From the human T2T-CHM13v2.0 reference genome, Homo sapiens: a DNA stretch of 64,000 nt. Where the stretch lies: NCBI RefSeq assembly GCF_009914755.1, contig NC_060930.1; one strand, 5' to 3'. The notes beneath the pieces were generated by a model that had not been told where the DNA came from, ran no database searches, and worked only from the letters and a program-made list of their open reading frames with translations. The translations under genes were made by a program, and so were the position numbers. Shown here piece by piece: positions 42,848 to 57,426 of the stretch (position 1 is the first letter of the stretch; each line of letters opens with the position of its first letter).

Positions 42848-43180
42848 GGTGAACATTATGATATGCCACTGGACACCCTTCATGGAGGACTCATTGCCAG
42901 CTCCTGGTGTGCTAGTAGTAAACAGTCTTCTCTGGGGATGGCCTCAGCTGCGTAGGCCTGCCTCACCCAGAGACATGCACCTCCAGAATACTCAGAGCCA
43001 ATGATTGGCCCAACTGAAGACAATTTTGAGGGGCCACTGGGCTTCCATTGTAGTTAAAAATCTGCAGAATTCTACTTAGTTCTCCTGCTTTCCACATGCA
43101 TTCCATGGGCACTTTTCAAATAATTCCCTGAACACTAAACTCTGTCCCAGAGACTGCTCCTAGGGAATCCAACTGGCAAT
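42848..43180 (+). mobile_element. ERVL LTR (LTR40/41-like), apparently inserted in an L3/CR1 remnant (about 42700-43300)
   Basis: ggatggcctcagctgc...agccaatgattggcc...ctgtcccagagactgctcctagggaatccaactggcaa. Flanks resemble CR1 (aatatgcctcttgcatttccacttaccagtcc...ctgtcctcagaaccaacac). Confidence 0.5.
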
Positions 43181-44349
43181 GCTTTTCATGCAACTCCATC
43201 CATTGTTTTCTTCATTTTTCTCTTATTGGGCCCAAAAATATGCCTCTTGCATTTCCACTTACCAGTCCTTCTTCTGTCCTCAGAACCAACACAAATAGGA
43301 ATATTCTGATGTTAATTTGAAAATTCCTTTAAATATTTGTTTATTGGAATTTCTTGAAACATACCTGATCAATGCAATGACAACAGTTAACTAGGTCAAT
43401 ATTTATACCAACATATAACTTGCAATTCTTTCTCCAAGAATTAAAATACAAATTCATTGAAAACTGCTAAAAAACTAATCGATACTTTCCAACATATTTA
43501 TACTGTTATAAGACCTATTTCATCAGTTGGACCCTCCTTTTCTAACATAGCTGTCAAAAGAATGAATTTTACTAGAGTTAATATTGGGTTTTTGCTATTG
43601 ATTGTTATTTTAGCCAGGGACACAGGAATAGTAAAATTCTGCGCTGTCTATATTCCTAATCCACCTTCACCCTCAGTCTGTCTAGAGGTTTCTGATAGAG
43701 ATTAGTGCAAAGACATCAGTGATACAGAAGAAGAAGTAACATTTTATTAATATTTAAGTCTGTGTCTGATAAAGATTAATATAGGGCTCTAGTAAATCTT
43801 GGATTGAGCATGTAGCTTTGGTTCGAGTTGAAACTGCAGTACCCTACCTTCCTTCAAGTCTGAGTCCAACACTTGCATCTTTGTTACTACTTGCTGATGG
43901 CTGGAAAGAATAGGAACTAGATGCAAAAACCAACATACTCAACTGTGAGGAGGCCCTGAATACAGTTAACAATCAAAATGCATAGAAGACAGATAACTAC
44001 TATGCATAGATACAAGAACTTCTATAAGAAACAGTAATCCCACCTACTAGTAACCATGGTCAAAATTGCATCTAGAAAGTGAACTGATCCCATTGGAATT
44101 TCTTTATGCTTGAAAGAAAGTTCTTAGGGAGATGGAAAAGAAATAACAACTCTTCCTACATTATTCGCTACTTGCCACTGTCTTAGAATATGAAGATATT
44201 TACCCTCAAACACCTCTTCTCTGTGATTATTTTATCTAGACTTCTCTCTAATATATGTTTTCAAACATGCTTCTTAATATCTGTGTTTTCCCTCCATATT
44301 ATACAACCTACCCTAAATTTATAGATTTAGATTAGAATGAAATAACACA

Positions 44350-44720
44350 CTTATGAGCCATATGGTCTTTGAAAAGGTATCTCCTCAGTTTCTGTTTGCA
44401 AATCTTAAAAATGGTAATAATGTCTACCTCATAAAGTGTATAATTAGGAAGGAATACGCAATCACATGTAAACTGACATAGTGGTTAAGAGCTGTGGAGT
44501 CAGATACCCGCATTTTAAACCAGTAAATTTAATTAACCTTGCAAGGTATCATTTTAACCCACAGGTAAATTGGAAATAACAGCATCTTCTTTATAGCTAT
44601 GTCATGGGGAATGAAATAAAATCATCTACATAAATCACTTAGCACAATGATTGTTTAACTATTATTAGTTACTATTCTTATTTAAGAGCCTGGAATATAG
44701 CAGACACTCAATAATTGTTG
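44350..44720 (+). mobile_element. MIR fragments (two or more)
   Basis: cctcagtttctgtttgcaaatcttaaaaatggtaataatgtctacctcata; tagtggttaagagctgtggagtcagata; taaatcacttagcacaatg. Confidence 0.6.
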
Positions 44721-46724
44721 GTGCTATCTCCCTCCTCCCAACCCCCACTTCTTTTACCTTTAACCAATGTCTACAGAAAGTACATACGCCTTTTACTGCC
44801 TGATCCTTGACAATAATGATGGGTAAGGGACTCATATCCATGTTTTTTTGCTAAAGGGCTCTAATTAAGAACGATGCCATAGTATATCTTTTGAGTTATT
44901 TGAAGATTCTTCTCTGAAAACTTTATTCAGTGGAGGGCCCATATTGGTGCTAAATCTGAGACTCAAAGTACATGGATAGATAAATATATTTTATATTTAT
45001 TGGCTTTGGCAATTTAGGTGGCACATATAATATTTTACTTAGAATAACCTTGAACTATCTCTTTCTAACCAAAGTGTAAGTATCCTTCAGTAGTTACAAT
45101 CTTTTAGAGCATAAGCATCTTAGGACATACTTTAATGCCTCTCGGACAGCACAGATCAGTAAAGAAAGAAGGAAGGAAGTCTTTGTGATCCAACATTATC
45201 TTTTATGGCCCATCAGAGCTTTTACTGTGTCATTTTCTTTAACTCAGACCCATATTGAAGTTGTCTTTTGTTTTCTTAATGAGCTACTTTTACACAAAAT
45301 CATGTGTCCAATCATGTACTTTTAAAAAATATGCTGTATTATCAAGGCACAAGTTTACAAAAAGGCAATTATTTAGTGTTAGCACTTCTATCCAATCCCA
45401 GCATGACACATGCATTAAATGTGCTCTCAGTTGTAAACATTGTCATTATTCATGGCACACCAGTAGGCACTACAAAAATAAATCAAATACTATTCATTTA
45501 TTTCCACTTCAACTCAGTTATGCTTTTGCTTCACAAAATTTCTTTAAAACTAAGAAAGATGATTCTAAATTAAAAGTTTTAATTTCTCCACAATATGAAA
45601 ATGCTTCAAATTTTCTTGTTGTAAATGGCAGAACGTTAACTTTAGAGAATCAAATATCCATAAACCTCATTATGCTAATACCAATTAAAATTTCTAACTT
45701 AAGGTAAATTCCGATAAGTTTGTTCAGAAATAGAGGTGTTTCTTGTTATTCAGCATAACCTGATGGAGAAATAGAAATAATCAAATCTATATCTATACAT
45801 AAAAAAGACTCCTTAACTAATTCTAACCTCTAGATGCCTCAGTTCCCCAGTTTATTAACAAGGAATAATATTCTTCCCTCTGGCAAATTTGCTAGTCTGT
45901 TTTAGAAATAAGTTACACCTACCAATTATGAAATTAAAATTCCTCAACTAACAGAACAACAAAAGATAAATCCCCTGCGATGTAATGGTCACTTGGAAGT
46001 CAATAAAATTCACTTTATTCTGTGCTTAAGTAAAAATGCTTTAAATTGGAAGAAAATGTTATTAGGGAATGTATGCAGAAAAATATGTATTAACTAAAAT
46101 ATTACTTGTCATGCTTTATTACCAAAAGGGGATTATTTTAAACACTGAGTAATATTAATTAGACTTTTACAATCTTAAGTTAAGGTTAGTTTTCTCCAGC
46201 AATGACTTCTTTCTCAAAGTACCTTTGGTCGACCAGGATGCATAGAGTTAAAGAGACATTTTAAACCCCCTCTGCTGAGGCCATTTATTAGCCCTTGATA
46301 CATTCTCAGAGCAACAGAGGTTTTCACACCAGTGACTACTATCGTATTTTTATAATTATTGGATTAATGTCTGCTTCTTGTGATAGATTTTGAGTTTTGT
46401 GAGAAAAAGGATATTCTTGGTATTGGTTGTGCTGTATACCCAGCACCAGTACTGTCTTTGACATAGAGTTGATTATACAAATTTTCATTGTTGTTGAATG
46501 AATTGCTAAATTAATAAACTAGAGAAAGGGTATACTTGTGAAAGAGTGAATGAACAATTAAAGTACAAAATTCCCCTAAGCAGTCAGTATAGGGAGATTT
46601 TTATTAATTACTTGCATCACAGAGCAATGGAAATGTTTACTGATTATTCCTAGGAGAGAGAAATAAAATAATAAAACTTGGCATAGTCACAACACGTGAC
46701 ATTTTATTTTTAAAAATGCAAATA

Positions 46725-47018
<294 letters not shown>

Positions 47019-47864
47019 GCAAATAGTGAAAGTTTAGTGCTTCAGGTGCTTCATAGTAAATTAATTTCAATATTTCTAAAATAATTTTACTGGAGCTCTT
47101 AGGTTGTATAATAAGGCAAGGCAATAAAACAAAAGGCATACAGATTGGAAGGGAGGGGGAATATTTCTCCTTATTTGCATATTATAGGATCATGTACATA
47201 AAAAATCCTAAGAAATTCCTAAGAAAAAAGCTGTTAGAAATAATGCAGTGGTTTTCATATATCCATAAATTGTCTGATACTCCTCTCTTCAAGAGATGGC
47301 ACCTAATTTTCCTTCCCTTGCATGAGGTATATCTATACATTCACCGTGTCCAGCAGTTGAGTACTTACTAGCTGCCAGGCAACATGGCATGGGTTTTCCA
47401 TTACTGTACCACTTAATCTTCACAACAAATCCCTGAGATATGTACTTAGCACCTTCAGACAGAGGGCATGGAAATATAAATTAACAGAAGAGGCAGAAAC
47501 AGAGGAATGTAAATCATGAACTGTCTGAAGGATCCCTGTATGTGTCATCACCACATTGTTCTTCCCTACTCTCAGGCTTGAAATAGTGTTTTGCCACCAT
47601 GCTGATGCCAGAGAAACAGCCTATTTAAAAATGAAGTAATCTAAATAAAACTCTCAGAGTTATCACCATAGGAAGGCCCTTCTTACTTTGCTATTGGCAA
47701 GATTTTCTTTTCATTGGAGGAGGTGGGCAGAGAAGTGACCAAAGGACATGTAGTCTTATTGTCTTCTCCCTGCCTCCATACTCTAAAACAAACCTTGCCA
47801 GTCCAGGTGGCCTGACCATGTCTGCAGGTCTTGTAGTTTGCTCTTTCAGAGATGGCCAAGACCA

Positions 47865-47941
47865 ACACACACACACACACATACACACACACACACATAC
47901 ACACACACAGACACACACACACATACACACACACACACACA
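47865..47941. repeat. Compound (CA)n microsatellite with TA/GA interruptions
   Basis: Directly visible; it explains the THTH and VCVC ORFs in the track. Confidence 0.95.
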
Positions 47942-48149
47942 GGTAAGCAACCTAGAGGATCAGTCATGGAGGTTCAGTTTTCATTTAAGAAAGTTCCACA
48001 AGGGAAAAACAGAAAAAATAGAAGGGAGGAAATAACAAAAAAATCAGGCGCAATTTTTCAAACTGAGAAAATACAACACAAATTTTTAAATTGAAAGGGA
48101 TCACCAAGAAGAAAAATGGAAACATTTTTAAAAGAATTTTTTTAAAAAT

Positions 48150-50950
48150 GACTTCTAGAATCAGCCCTAATATGTAAAAAGCAATATGGTGCTATTTGAA
48201 AATGGACTTAGATTACTTTATGATGTGTACTGCTAACTTTAGAGCAATCACTAAAAAATTTTAAAAGTGTAAATGATGAACTAAAAAATGAAATAAAATG
48301 GAATTATATAAAAGGCTCAATTAAAACCAAAGATATCAGAAAAAGAAGGAAAGTTTAAATAAATAAATAACAAAGAAAAAGTGGAACAAATAGAAGAAAT
48401 ATTACAAACATGGTAGATATTAATCCACATATATTTAAAAAGCCACTTTAAATGTGAACAGTCTAAATTATTACTGATTTAAAACCAGGGGGGTGTCAGA
48501 GTCAGAATAGGTTTTAAAAAAACAAAAACAAGAACAAGACCAAACTATCTACCATCTACAAGAAATCCACTTTAAACATAAAGTCAGAAACAAGTAAAAC
48601 AAAAAGAGATGGAGAAAGACATACATCACTAACCCTAATCAAAACAACCCGGAATAGTAGCATTAATTTCAGAGAGAATAGACTTCAAAATAAGGAAAAA
48701 TTTCCAGGAAGACATAATAATCTTTAATGTGCATGCAGCAACAACTGACCATCAAAATGCATAAGCAAAAACTGACAGAGCTGCAAGGAGAAATAAACAA
48801 ATCCACTATTACATTTGGGGTCTTCAACATCCCTCTTTCAGTAAGAATAATTCAAGATGAAATGCAGAATGCAACACATCAATCTATTACAAGTGTAGAA
48901 AATAACCTCACAAAAGCAGGTAGGGGAAAAGGTGCAGTATACCACAGATGTATAGGTCAATAATTCTGATATTGCTATACATGTAATTGGAATTGAACAA
49001 TTAGGTAAATGGATAGTAGCTGGTGGGATCCGGCCTTCTTGCTGCTGAAGCAAGGATTCACAGATAGTAAGGGAAGGAGGCTATGATGATTCAGGTGGTA
49101 ATGCATTAGAATTGTAGCCATCAATAAAAACTCTGCTTTTATTTGTATAAATGTAGATGGTTACATATAGAAATATATATATGAGTGTATACACATGTGT
49201 TAGTATGCACACATGTATTTCTATAATCTGTCAGCAGAGAGGCCCTAGAAGCAATGACACTTAGTTTCAATCATCACAGTTAAGACCCAAATCTTAGTTC
49301 TTGTGGCATTTTCAATAAAAGGAACCATGGGTACATGTGCACAACGTGTAGGTTTGTTACATATGTATACATGTGCCATGTTGGTGTGCTGCACCCATTA
49401 ACTCCTCATTTACATTAGGTATATTTCCTAATGCTATCCCTCCCCCCTCCCCCTACCCCATGACAGGCCCTGGTGTGTGATGTTCCCCACCCGGTGTGTG
49501 ATGTTCCCCACCCTGTGTCCACATGTTCTCATTGTTCAGTTCCCACCTATGAGTGAGAACATGTGGTGTTTGGTTTTCTGTCCTTGTGATAGTTTACTGA
49601 GAATGATGGTTTCCAGCTTCATCCATCTCCCTACAAAGGACATGAACTCATCCTTTTTCATGGCTGCATAGTATTCCATGGTGTATATGTGCCACATTTT
49701 CTTAATCCAGTCTATCATTGATGGACATGTAGGTTGGTTCCAAGTCTTTGCTATTGTGAATAGGGCCGCAATAAACATACGTGTGCATGTGTCTTTATAG
49801 CAGCATGATTTATAATCCTTTGTGTATATACCCAGTAATGGGATGGCTGGGTCAAATGGTATTTCTAGTTCTAGATCCTTGAGGAATCACCACACTGTCT
49901 TCCACAATGGTTGAACTAGTTTAGGTTCCCAGAGAAATTGCTGATTCTAGGACTGTAGCAGGAAGTATACAAAGTGAGTTCTGGTGGTGACAGAAAGTAA
50001 CAAAGTCCTCAGGAAAAATAAAAAAGCAAACTACATTGATGGAGTATGTCAAACAGGCACAGAAGCCAATTGAAAGCTTTTCCAATGGCCAAAGCTGGAA
50101 CAATTTGAACAACAAAATAAAGTAGCATTGGATTATAACCCAGAGTATAAAAAAAATTATGAGGCTATACTAATATATATGTGTATGTGTGTGTATATAT
50201 ATATAAATATGATTAAATAAATTAATAAATGAGGAGAAGAGACAAAATTACCTTGCAGAAAAATTCCAAATAAGTCTATGTAGTTACTCTAAATGAGGGG
50301 GAGCAAAACTCTGCATCCCTTAGCCATAGGCTGTCCTCCTTGCAAAGAGTGTAGTGCAAAAAAGTGGAGAAAATGATAACTTTAAAGTGGAGAAACCTGA
50401 AAAAACAGTTTCAGTCAGATTATCAAAATCCAGGTCAGCAGCCACAAATCATGTTGACACTATGTGCGTTTGATATGATGTGAAGAAAATGACACTTTAC
50501 TTCTGTGATCTTCCTCCCCAAATCTTATAACCCCAGTCTATTCATGAAGAAATTTTTTAATCCAAAAAATGGGCATGCTACAATATACCTAACCAGTACT
50601 CTGAAAAACTGCCAAGGTCATCAAAAACAAGGAAAGTTTGAGAAACTCACAGCCAAGAGGAGTCTAAGACACAACAACTAAATGTGATAACCTAGATGAG
50701 ATCTTGAGGCAGAAAAAAAGTCAGTTAATAAGAAATGAGAGACAAACTATGAACTTTAGTTAATAATAAGGTACCAGTATTGATTCACTAAAGATAACAA
50801 ATATAACATAGTAATATAACATAGTGACATAACATGTTTCTAATAGAAGAAATAGAATATATGGGGTGAGTGTATTTGGGAACTCTCTGTACTATGTGCT
50901 CAATTTTTCCATAAATCTAAAAGTATTCTAAAAAGTAAAGTCTGTAAATT
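48150..50950 (+). mobile_element. L1MC/L1MD-type element (start of ORF2 EN joined to a long 3'UTR), interrupted at 49329-49922; flanked by older ORF1/HAL1-like sequence (about 47945-48110 and 50960-51400)
   Basis: ctacaagaaatccactttaaacataaag (EN region); aataaaaggaacca|aggttcccagagaaattgctgattctagg; ataaccccagtctattcatgaag; gggaactctctgtactat. Confidence 0.7.
49329..49922 (-). mobile_element. L1PA (about PA5) 3' fragment with no poly(A) and no TSD
   Basis: gggtacatgtgcacaacgtg...ttccacaatggttgaactagttt, with a 21-bp internal tandem duplication at 49472-49513. Confidence 0.9.
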
Positions 50951-52689
50951 GTTTTAAATTTTTTCAATGAACTTTTCTCATGCAGAGCCTCTAGAAATTT
51001 CTGAACCCCCAAGAACAAAAAGAAAAATTAGACAAGATTTCAGAAAGAAAAAACGTGGATGATTTTCAAAGTGCTGAGGCTCAGGATAGCATAAAATTTC
51101 TCATCAATAATACTGGGTACCAGAAGAAACTGGGACAATGCCATCAAAGTTTTGAGGATAAAAAAAGAATTTTGAGCCAAGAAAAATAAATAATTTGGAG
51201 CCTAGCCAAGCTGCTACCCAAATAAACTAGTAAAATAGTAACATTTTCAAACTTTCAAGGACTCAGAAAATTCGCAGACTTTCCCCAAATAATTATTAAA
51301 ACATATTCTTTAGCAAAATTAAAACAAGGAACAGAAGAAAGAAGACAACATAAAAGCTAAGATGAAAAAATGTAGCATACCAAACCCAGAATTACAATGA
51401 AATCTTAGAAAAATGAGTGTATATCAGGATGAGAAGGAAAATGGTCCATACAGAACTGCATATCAGAACCTTTGAGAAGACGGTCTTGAAGAAGAGAATG
51501 AATTCCCTATAACAAAAAGCACGGTGAAAAATCTGAATCATTGTAGTGAGAAGATGAGTAAATATCATATTAGATAATTTAAATAAAATGTTTACCTCCA
51601 TGCCTCAAGTTTTATAAATCATGCTTCTCATTCAAGAAGCCAAACTTAGTAAAATAAGATTACCTCTCCCCGCCATCGTTTCAAAACTCAACCTCATTCC
51701 TTAGTAAATAATATCTATATACTCAACTGTTTGACATCTTGTAGTAAAATATTTACAATAAATCTATAGAGAAAGCATGAAAGACTTATAGAATAAGATA
51801 TAAATGATATAAGCATAAATAAATAAAAGTCATAATAAGGAGGATGGTGGTGGTATGTGGAAAAGTTGGGAGGGTTGGTGAGCACCATAGATGTACTCAT
51901 TCTTTCATCTAATAGGGCAGTCAAGAGAGTCTGCCTACAGTTAAGAAACAGATGGTTAATTCTATCATGTACTGATATAGGCAACCAATAAAATAACTGA
52001 AAAATAAATATGTGACTGAATGAGAGAGTAGCAGTTTGGGAGGGAGTTGGAGGAGTAACGAGAAAGTAATATAATGACCTAAATTCCTCATTTTTCAGAG
52101 TAGGGGGTTGTAGCTATTCACTTACATTGATAAATGAAGAAATATAGATAATCCCGCATTAAAAAAAATGTTAAAGACAAGATAAGGTGTAATTTATTTT
52201 GAATTTTTTAATTGAAACATCAAAAAAATTAAATTTAAGCTTTCTTTGGTTATTTGGAAATTATAACGCTTAGTCCCAAATTCTGAAAGATAAATACACC
52301 TACATCCCTGCAACATTAATTGCAGTCTACATTCCTTAGAAAGCCACAGATTCATGATACAAATGGAGACAGCCATTCTGAGCTCAAAGCATGTACTGAG
52401 CTTCAAGTCTTCACTGTTTAACAAAGAAAGCATGAATATAAATCAAATACTCAGTTCATAATATAGAAAAACAAAAAGCTAAGAAATAGAAATACAAGCA
52501 AAACAAGACAGGAAAAACAAATTCCTAAAGATTTTTTTTAATGAATGAATAATGAAAGAAACAAAATAGTTCTGACAAATAATCCAAATTTTATTCAAAA
52601 TATGAAACATACATACTTCCAGCAAGTTGGTTTACTTGTTTTCTGTAAAGTGAAAATATAAGTATACATAATTAGGAACCAGAAATGGA

Positions 52690-52900
52690 ACAGATAAAAT
52701 ATATTATTAAATCATATATAATATAATGGATAAAATATATTTTTATAAAATATATTATTTTATTTTTAAAATATATTATTTTATATTATTAAATTATATA
52801 TCAGATAAAATTATATTATTAAAAATACTATAAACAGATATCTGTTAAGCAGATAAAATATATTACATAACAGATAAAATTATATTATTTTTAATTATAA
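52690..52900. repeat. Degenerate AT-rich minisatellite (cagataaaatatattatt-like units)
   Basis: The unit recurs at least five times with variation. Confidence 0.7.
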
Positions 52901-53419
52901 TTATGATAACTAGACTCTGAGAAAGCATGAAGCAATTTAAGCACAGAGCTTGTAATGCAGTACCTTATAAGCCAGCCCATGCAAATATAAAAATAACTTG
53001 AATGTAAAACATTAATTAAGTACCCTAAAAGTAACAACAATAAGTAGAGCCAGTTATATGAAGAAGGAAGAACAGGATAGTTCAGTAACACGGAAGCTGA
53101 ATAATGAGAAAATTTCCAGAAGAAATAGGCAATCAGTAAGTCAATGATGCAGTGTCATCAGGCAGAATGGATTCTGCATAGATAGGAAGCCAAATAGTCC
53201 CTTTGCTACAATCTCTGAAATAGCTATCAATTAAGAAGTGACTGGATGACCAAAGTTTGTCAACCAAAAAAGCAGGTCTTTGAAATATCTATGAAACAGA
53301 GAGGAAGAAAAAAGGAAATGGGCAAAGGAAGAAAGATTGAGAAGGAAATAGAACAAATAAATTTCTGGTTTCCTCTGAGGCAACATTGGACACCATTATC
53401 TTTCACAGACATATCAACT

Positions 53420-53580
53420 TAGGAGTGGTAAGGACCTTAGAGATCATTTTCTGAATCCTCCCCATTTTACACATGATGAACTTGTGCTCCTCGGTGAGGA
53501 ACAAGGAAAGTCACACTCCGGAGAAGAAACCCGGGACTCCAGATTTACAGTACAATTACCATTCCATTACACCGCATGGT
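53420..53580 (-). mobile_element. MIR3/MIR fragment
   Basis: aggaccttagagatcatt...cccattttacacatgatgaac...aacccgggactccagattt. Confidence 0.6.
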
Positions 53581-55490
53581 CTCTCATTTACTTCAACAAA
53601 AGACAGGGGGTGATAATCCATGATTTTTCACCATTTTAAAATTTATTTACAATATTTGTATTTTTCTTATGTAATTAAACAACACTTAGGTTGCAATGGG
53701 GTGAGTAAAGAAAATCTTAAAAAGGAAGCCATCTCCATTTCATAGTTACATTCTATGAAACTATGAAACTCTACTTTGCTCAATTTCTACATGGCTGTTC
53801 CTGCTGAACCCTTGGGGCTCAGGCACTTGCACAGAAATTATCTGGCAAAGTGCTGTCCTATTGGGACATGGCAGCATATTATCTTGATTCTTATTCAAAT
53901 GTGCAAATCATGAAGTCCCCTGTAATAGAATGTAAATACAGTTTTTGCCTTTCAATACAAGGTCAAGCCGCAATTTAAGGCTCTTTGTAATATTCCTAGC
54001 ATCCTAGTCTCCAGGCCTCTAAGAACACTTAAAAACAAAAACCTGCAACCAGCAATGTTTTGCAGTTCAATTATGCCGGAAATAGGAAGTAATTCTAAGA
54101 TTCTGAATAGGTTCTTGATGAAAATATTGGCTAGGAAAATGATTGTGCCCTCATGCCTATCCAGCACATCTGGTAGGAAAGGATTGTTACTTTATTTGCA
54201 TTCCATGAACAATTAAAAAACTAATTTGCAGTTTGGGACAAACAAAGAAATGTGAAACAGCAGTTGACTGATTGAAATCTTTTAAATAAAAGAATAATCC
54301 TGACAGAATTACTTTAAAGGGTTTTTTCTTCCTTTAAAAATCTTCATTAATTGAGTTCCATTACTTTAAAAATTATCTTGGTTTGAACTGATATTTATCT
54401 TTGTGCTAAATAATTTAGCAGCAGTGGGAAGGTTGGGGGAAGGACTGTATGGGACATATGGTTAAAAGACACGAGTGGAAAGAGGCTCACAAAAGACTAA
54501 GTAAAAGAATCCCCATATACCCTCAAAATGGAGAAGAAAGAGTGAGAGAGAGGACAGAAGGAAGCTGACAAGCCAGGGGACAAAGAAAACAGAAAAGCAG
54601 TTAACACAGAGGTGAAAAGAACTCATGTGTCTTCCTTTTCCAGTAGGTGGGGAGGTTTGAGCAGAGAGGTTGTGAATAGTCCAGGCAGGCAAGCATGCAG
54701 CAAAGTCCACATCAGCATCAGTGATGTTTCCTGCAGGCTCTGAACACACTGAAGATCTGGTCCTCAGCTAAAGTGCCCTACCTGTGAATGTGCGCTATCC
54801 TTCAGGCACATATTAAATGGAAGGGCATCTACACATTCTGATGCTGTTAACTTAAAGAACTACATTTTTCTTAGGAAATTTCTGACCTAATATTTGGTAC
54901 ATTTCATTTCTAATTTCTAATTAAAATATATGTTGAGATAATTCTGCTTAACAGCATCTGGAACTCTACTTCAAATATACTCTTGTGTTCTAGTAGAGGC
55001 CAGCAGGAATTACATTCTATGAAACTAAATATCTGTAGATCAGAACATGAATTGAGAAGTAAAGCTTGTGAGGGACAGGGTTTACCCCATAGTAAGAGCT
55101 ATGGGAAAGTATAGCTGGCTGAAATGCAATATCGGGTACACTCTTACTTTCAGTTCTGGACAGACACTTGCACTGAATCTGAGACTTCTTTTTCCAATGG
55201 TTATTTTAGGAAGAACAATTATAAGATCTGTACACCACTTTCCCCATGCCACTCAACTCCTCTGCAGACATTACTGACCAGTCACAGTTTCTCTTCTATC
55301 TGAAGCAGGACTCAGCTTCATTGTAACATTATACTCATTAAAGTGGCTTGAGAGTAGAAATCTTTTCTACCTGTGAGTTATTCTCTTATCTTCTATGATG
55401 CTTTACTCAAAAATTAGCCATTAGTAATTACATTCAGGCCAGATTCTTACAACTGCAAAAATGTAGAACTGGAGGACAAATGTAGATCTA

Positions 55491-55850
<360 letters not shown>

Positions 55851-57029
55851 TTAAATCTAGGTGTTGTGTATTAAGTATGCAATTGTATAATGTTTCATAA
55901 TCTTCAAAGAATTTTCACATACTTTTTTCAATTTGACTTATATTGCAATCCTGTGTGAAAGAGAAAATGAATTCAACAAAAGAAAGAAACCACCAGAAGA
56001 TGAGAAATTGAGGCTTTGGTAATTTTGCTTTGATGATTTTGAAAGGCAGAAGTACTAGTTCATTCAGTACACGGCAGGCTTGTTATTTCTCCTCTGCTCA
56101 ATTTAGTGCTAAACAAATAGTCTCAAACTTGCTGTATTACGTGGCACTGCTAAATCCATGGTTTTTCTTTGCATTTCTAACTCAGTATTTCAGGAGCTAG
56201 GAATAAAATTGAAATTACAAGTGTTCTATGATCTGCAGCCAAAATTTGATCTTAGAAACAAAAGCAATCATTAAGGTAATATGCTTGAAAAATACTTCTA
56301 CTTCCATGAAGTGTTTGCTATAGAAAAATAATTGGACATATTTTTTCCTAGATCTAAAGCATTTCAATGCAGATCATTCTAATTATAGCTGATTAAACCA
56401 GGCCTTTGCTATGACACATTAGGTCAAAGACATCTTTTTCCTTTAAAACAAAAAAAATTAATCTTTCTGAATAAGTAATTACTGAGATCCTTTCAATACT
56501 TTAACTCCCCCCAACCCAAGTCACCTACATATAGTTAACATATACCAGTTAATCCTACTGTGTTCCTTATCATTTGGATTTTAATTGCCACAGTAAACTT
56601 GTTATTCATATCTATGACTGTAATATCCTTTATTATAATGATATCCAAAGTATACAATGTTCCAGAAAGAAAAGGCTTTGACTCAGCAGAAACAAAAACC
56701 TAGTATATAAAACACCACAAAGTCAATCAAATCAATTTTCTTTCATTTTAAGATGTACATTATTTTGGATACATATTTTCTTATGCTCTATGTAAGTCTT
56801 CTCCTAGGATTCTTTTTATTTTTGTGAATTATTGGCAAGAAAATTGCTAACTCATGAAGTTCAGCTTATAGAAAAGCTAGTTATGTTAAATAAATTGATT
56901 TTACCCCACCCAACCTGCCTTCCCTATTTTTCTGTGTTTTCCACTTTAGTATTTCTCTCTTAGATTTGCAAAATTATAATAACAAAGTTGGAAACAGAGT
57001 TCCCAGGAAAAGTTTCCATGTCATTGTAT

Positions 57030-57371
57030 CTTTTTGTTATTATTTGTATAAATTTATAATGTACAAGGGTTACTTTGTTCATAGATATATTGACTATTGA
57101 TAAAGTCAGGGCTTTTAGTGTATCCATCACCTGAATAATGTGCATTGTACACACTAAGTAATTTGTCATCATCCACTATCCTCTAATCACTCCCTTCAGA
57201 GTCTTCATTGTCTATCATTTCACGCTCTATGGCCATGTGTACACATTATTGAGCTCCCACTTATAAATGAGAACATGTAGAACATGTGGTATTTGTCTTT
57301 CTGTGTTTGAGTTGTTTCACTTAAGATAAGGGCCTCCAGTGTCACCCATGTTGCTGCAAAAGACATGATTT
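57030..57371 (-). mobile_element. L1PB/L1MA-type 3' end
   Basis: agtcagggcttttagtgtatccatcacctgaataatgtgcattgtac...agctcccacttataaatgagaacatg...ttgctgcaaaagacatgattt, cut by an LTR. Confidence 0.85.
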
Positions 57372-57426
57372 TGAGACAGGAATAATACAGGGTGGTTGCA
57401 AAGGAATAGAAAATTCTAGGCAGTAG
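57372..57426 (+). mobile_element. First 55 bp of an ERV1 (MER4-group-like) LTR
   Basis: Begins TG: tgagacaggaataatacagggtggttgcaaaggaatagaaaattctaggcag. Interrupted by the next LTR; family uncertain. Confidence 0.6.

Noticed and set aside
45255-45707. 150-aa ORF in unique sequence
   Set aside because: Non-ATG start, AT-driven composition, no recognisable motif; compatible with chance.
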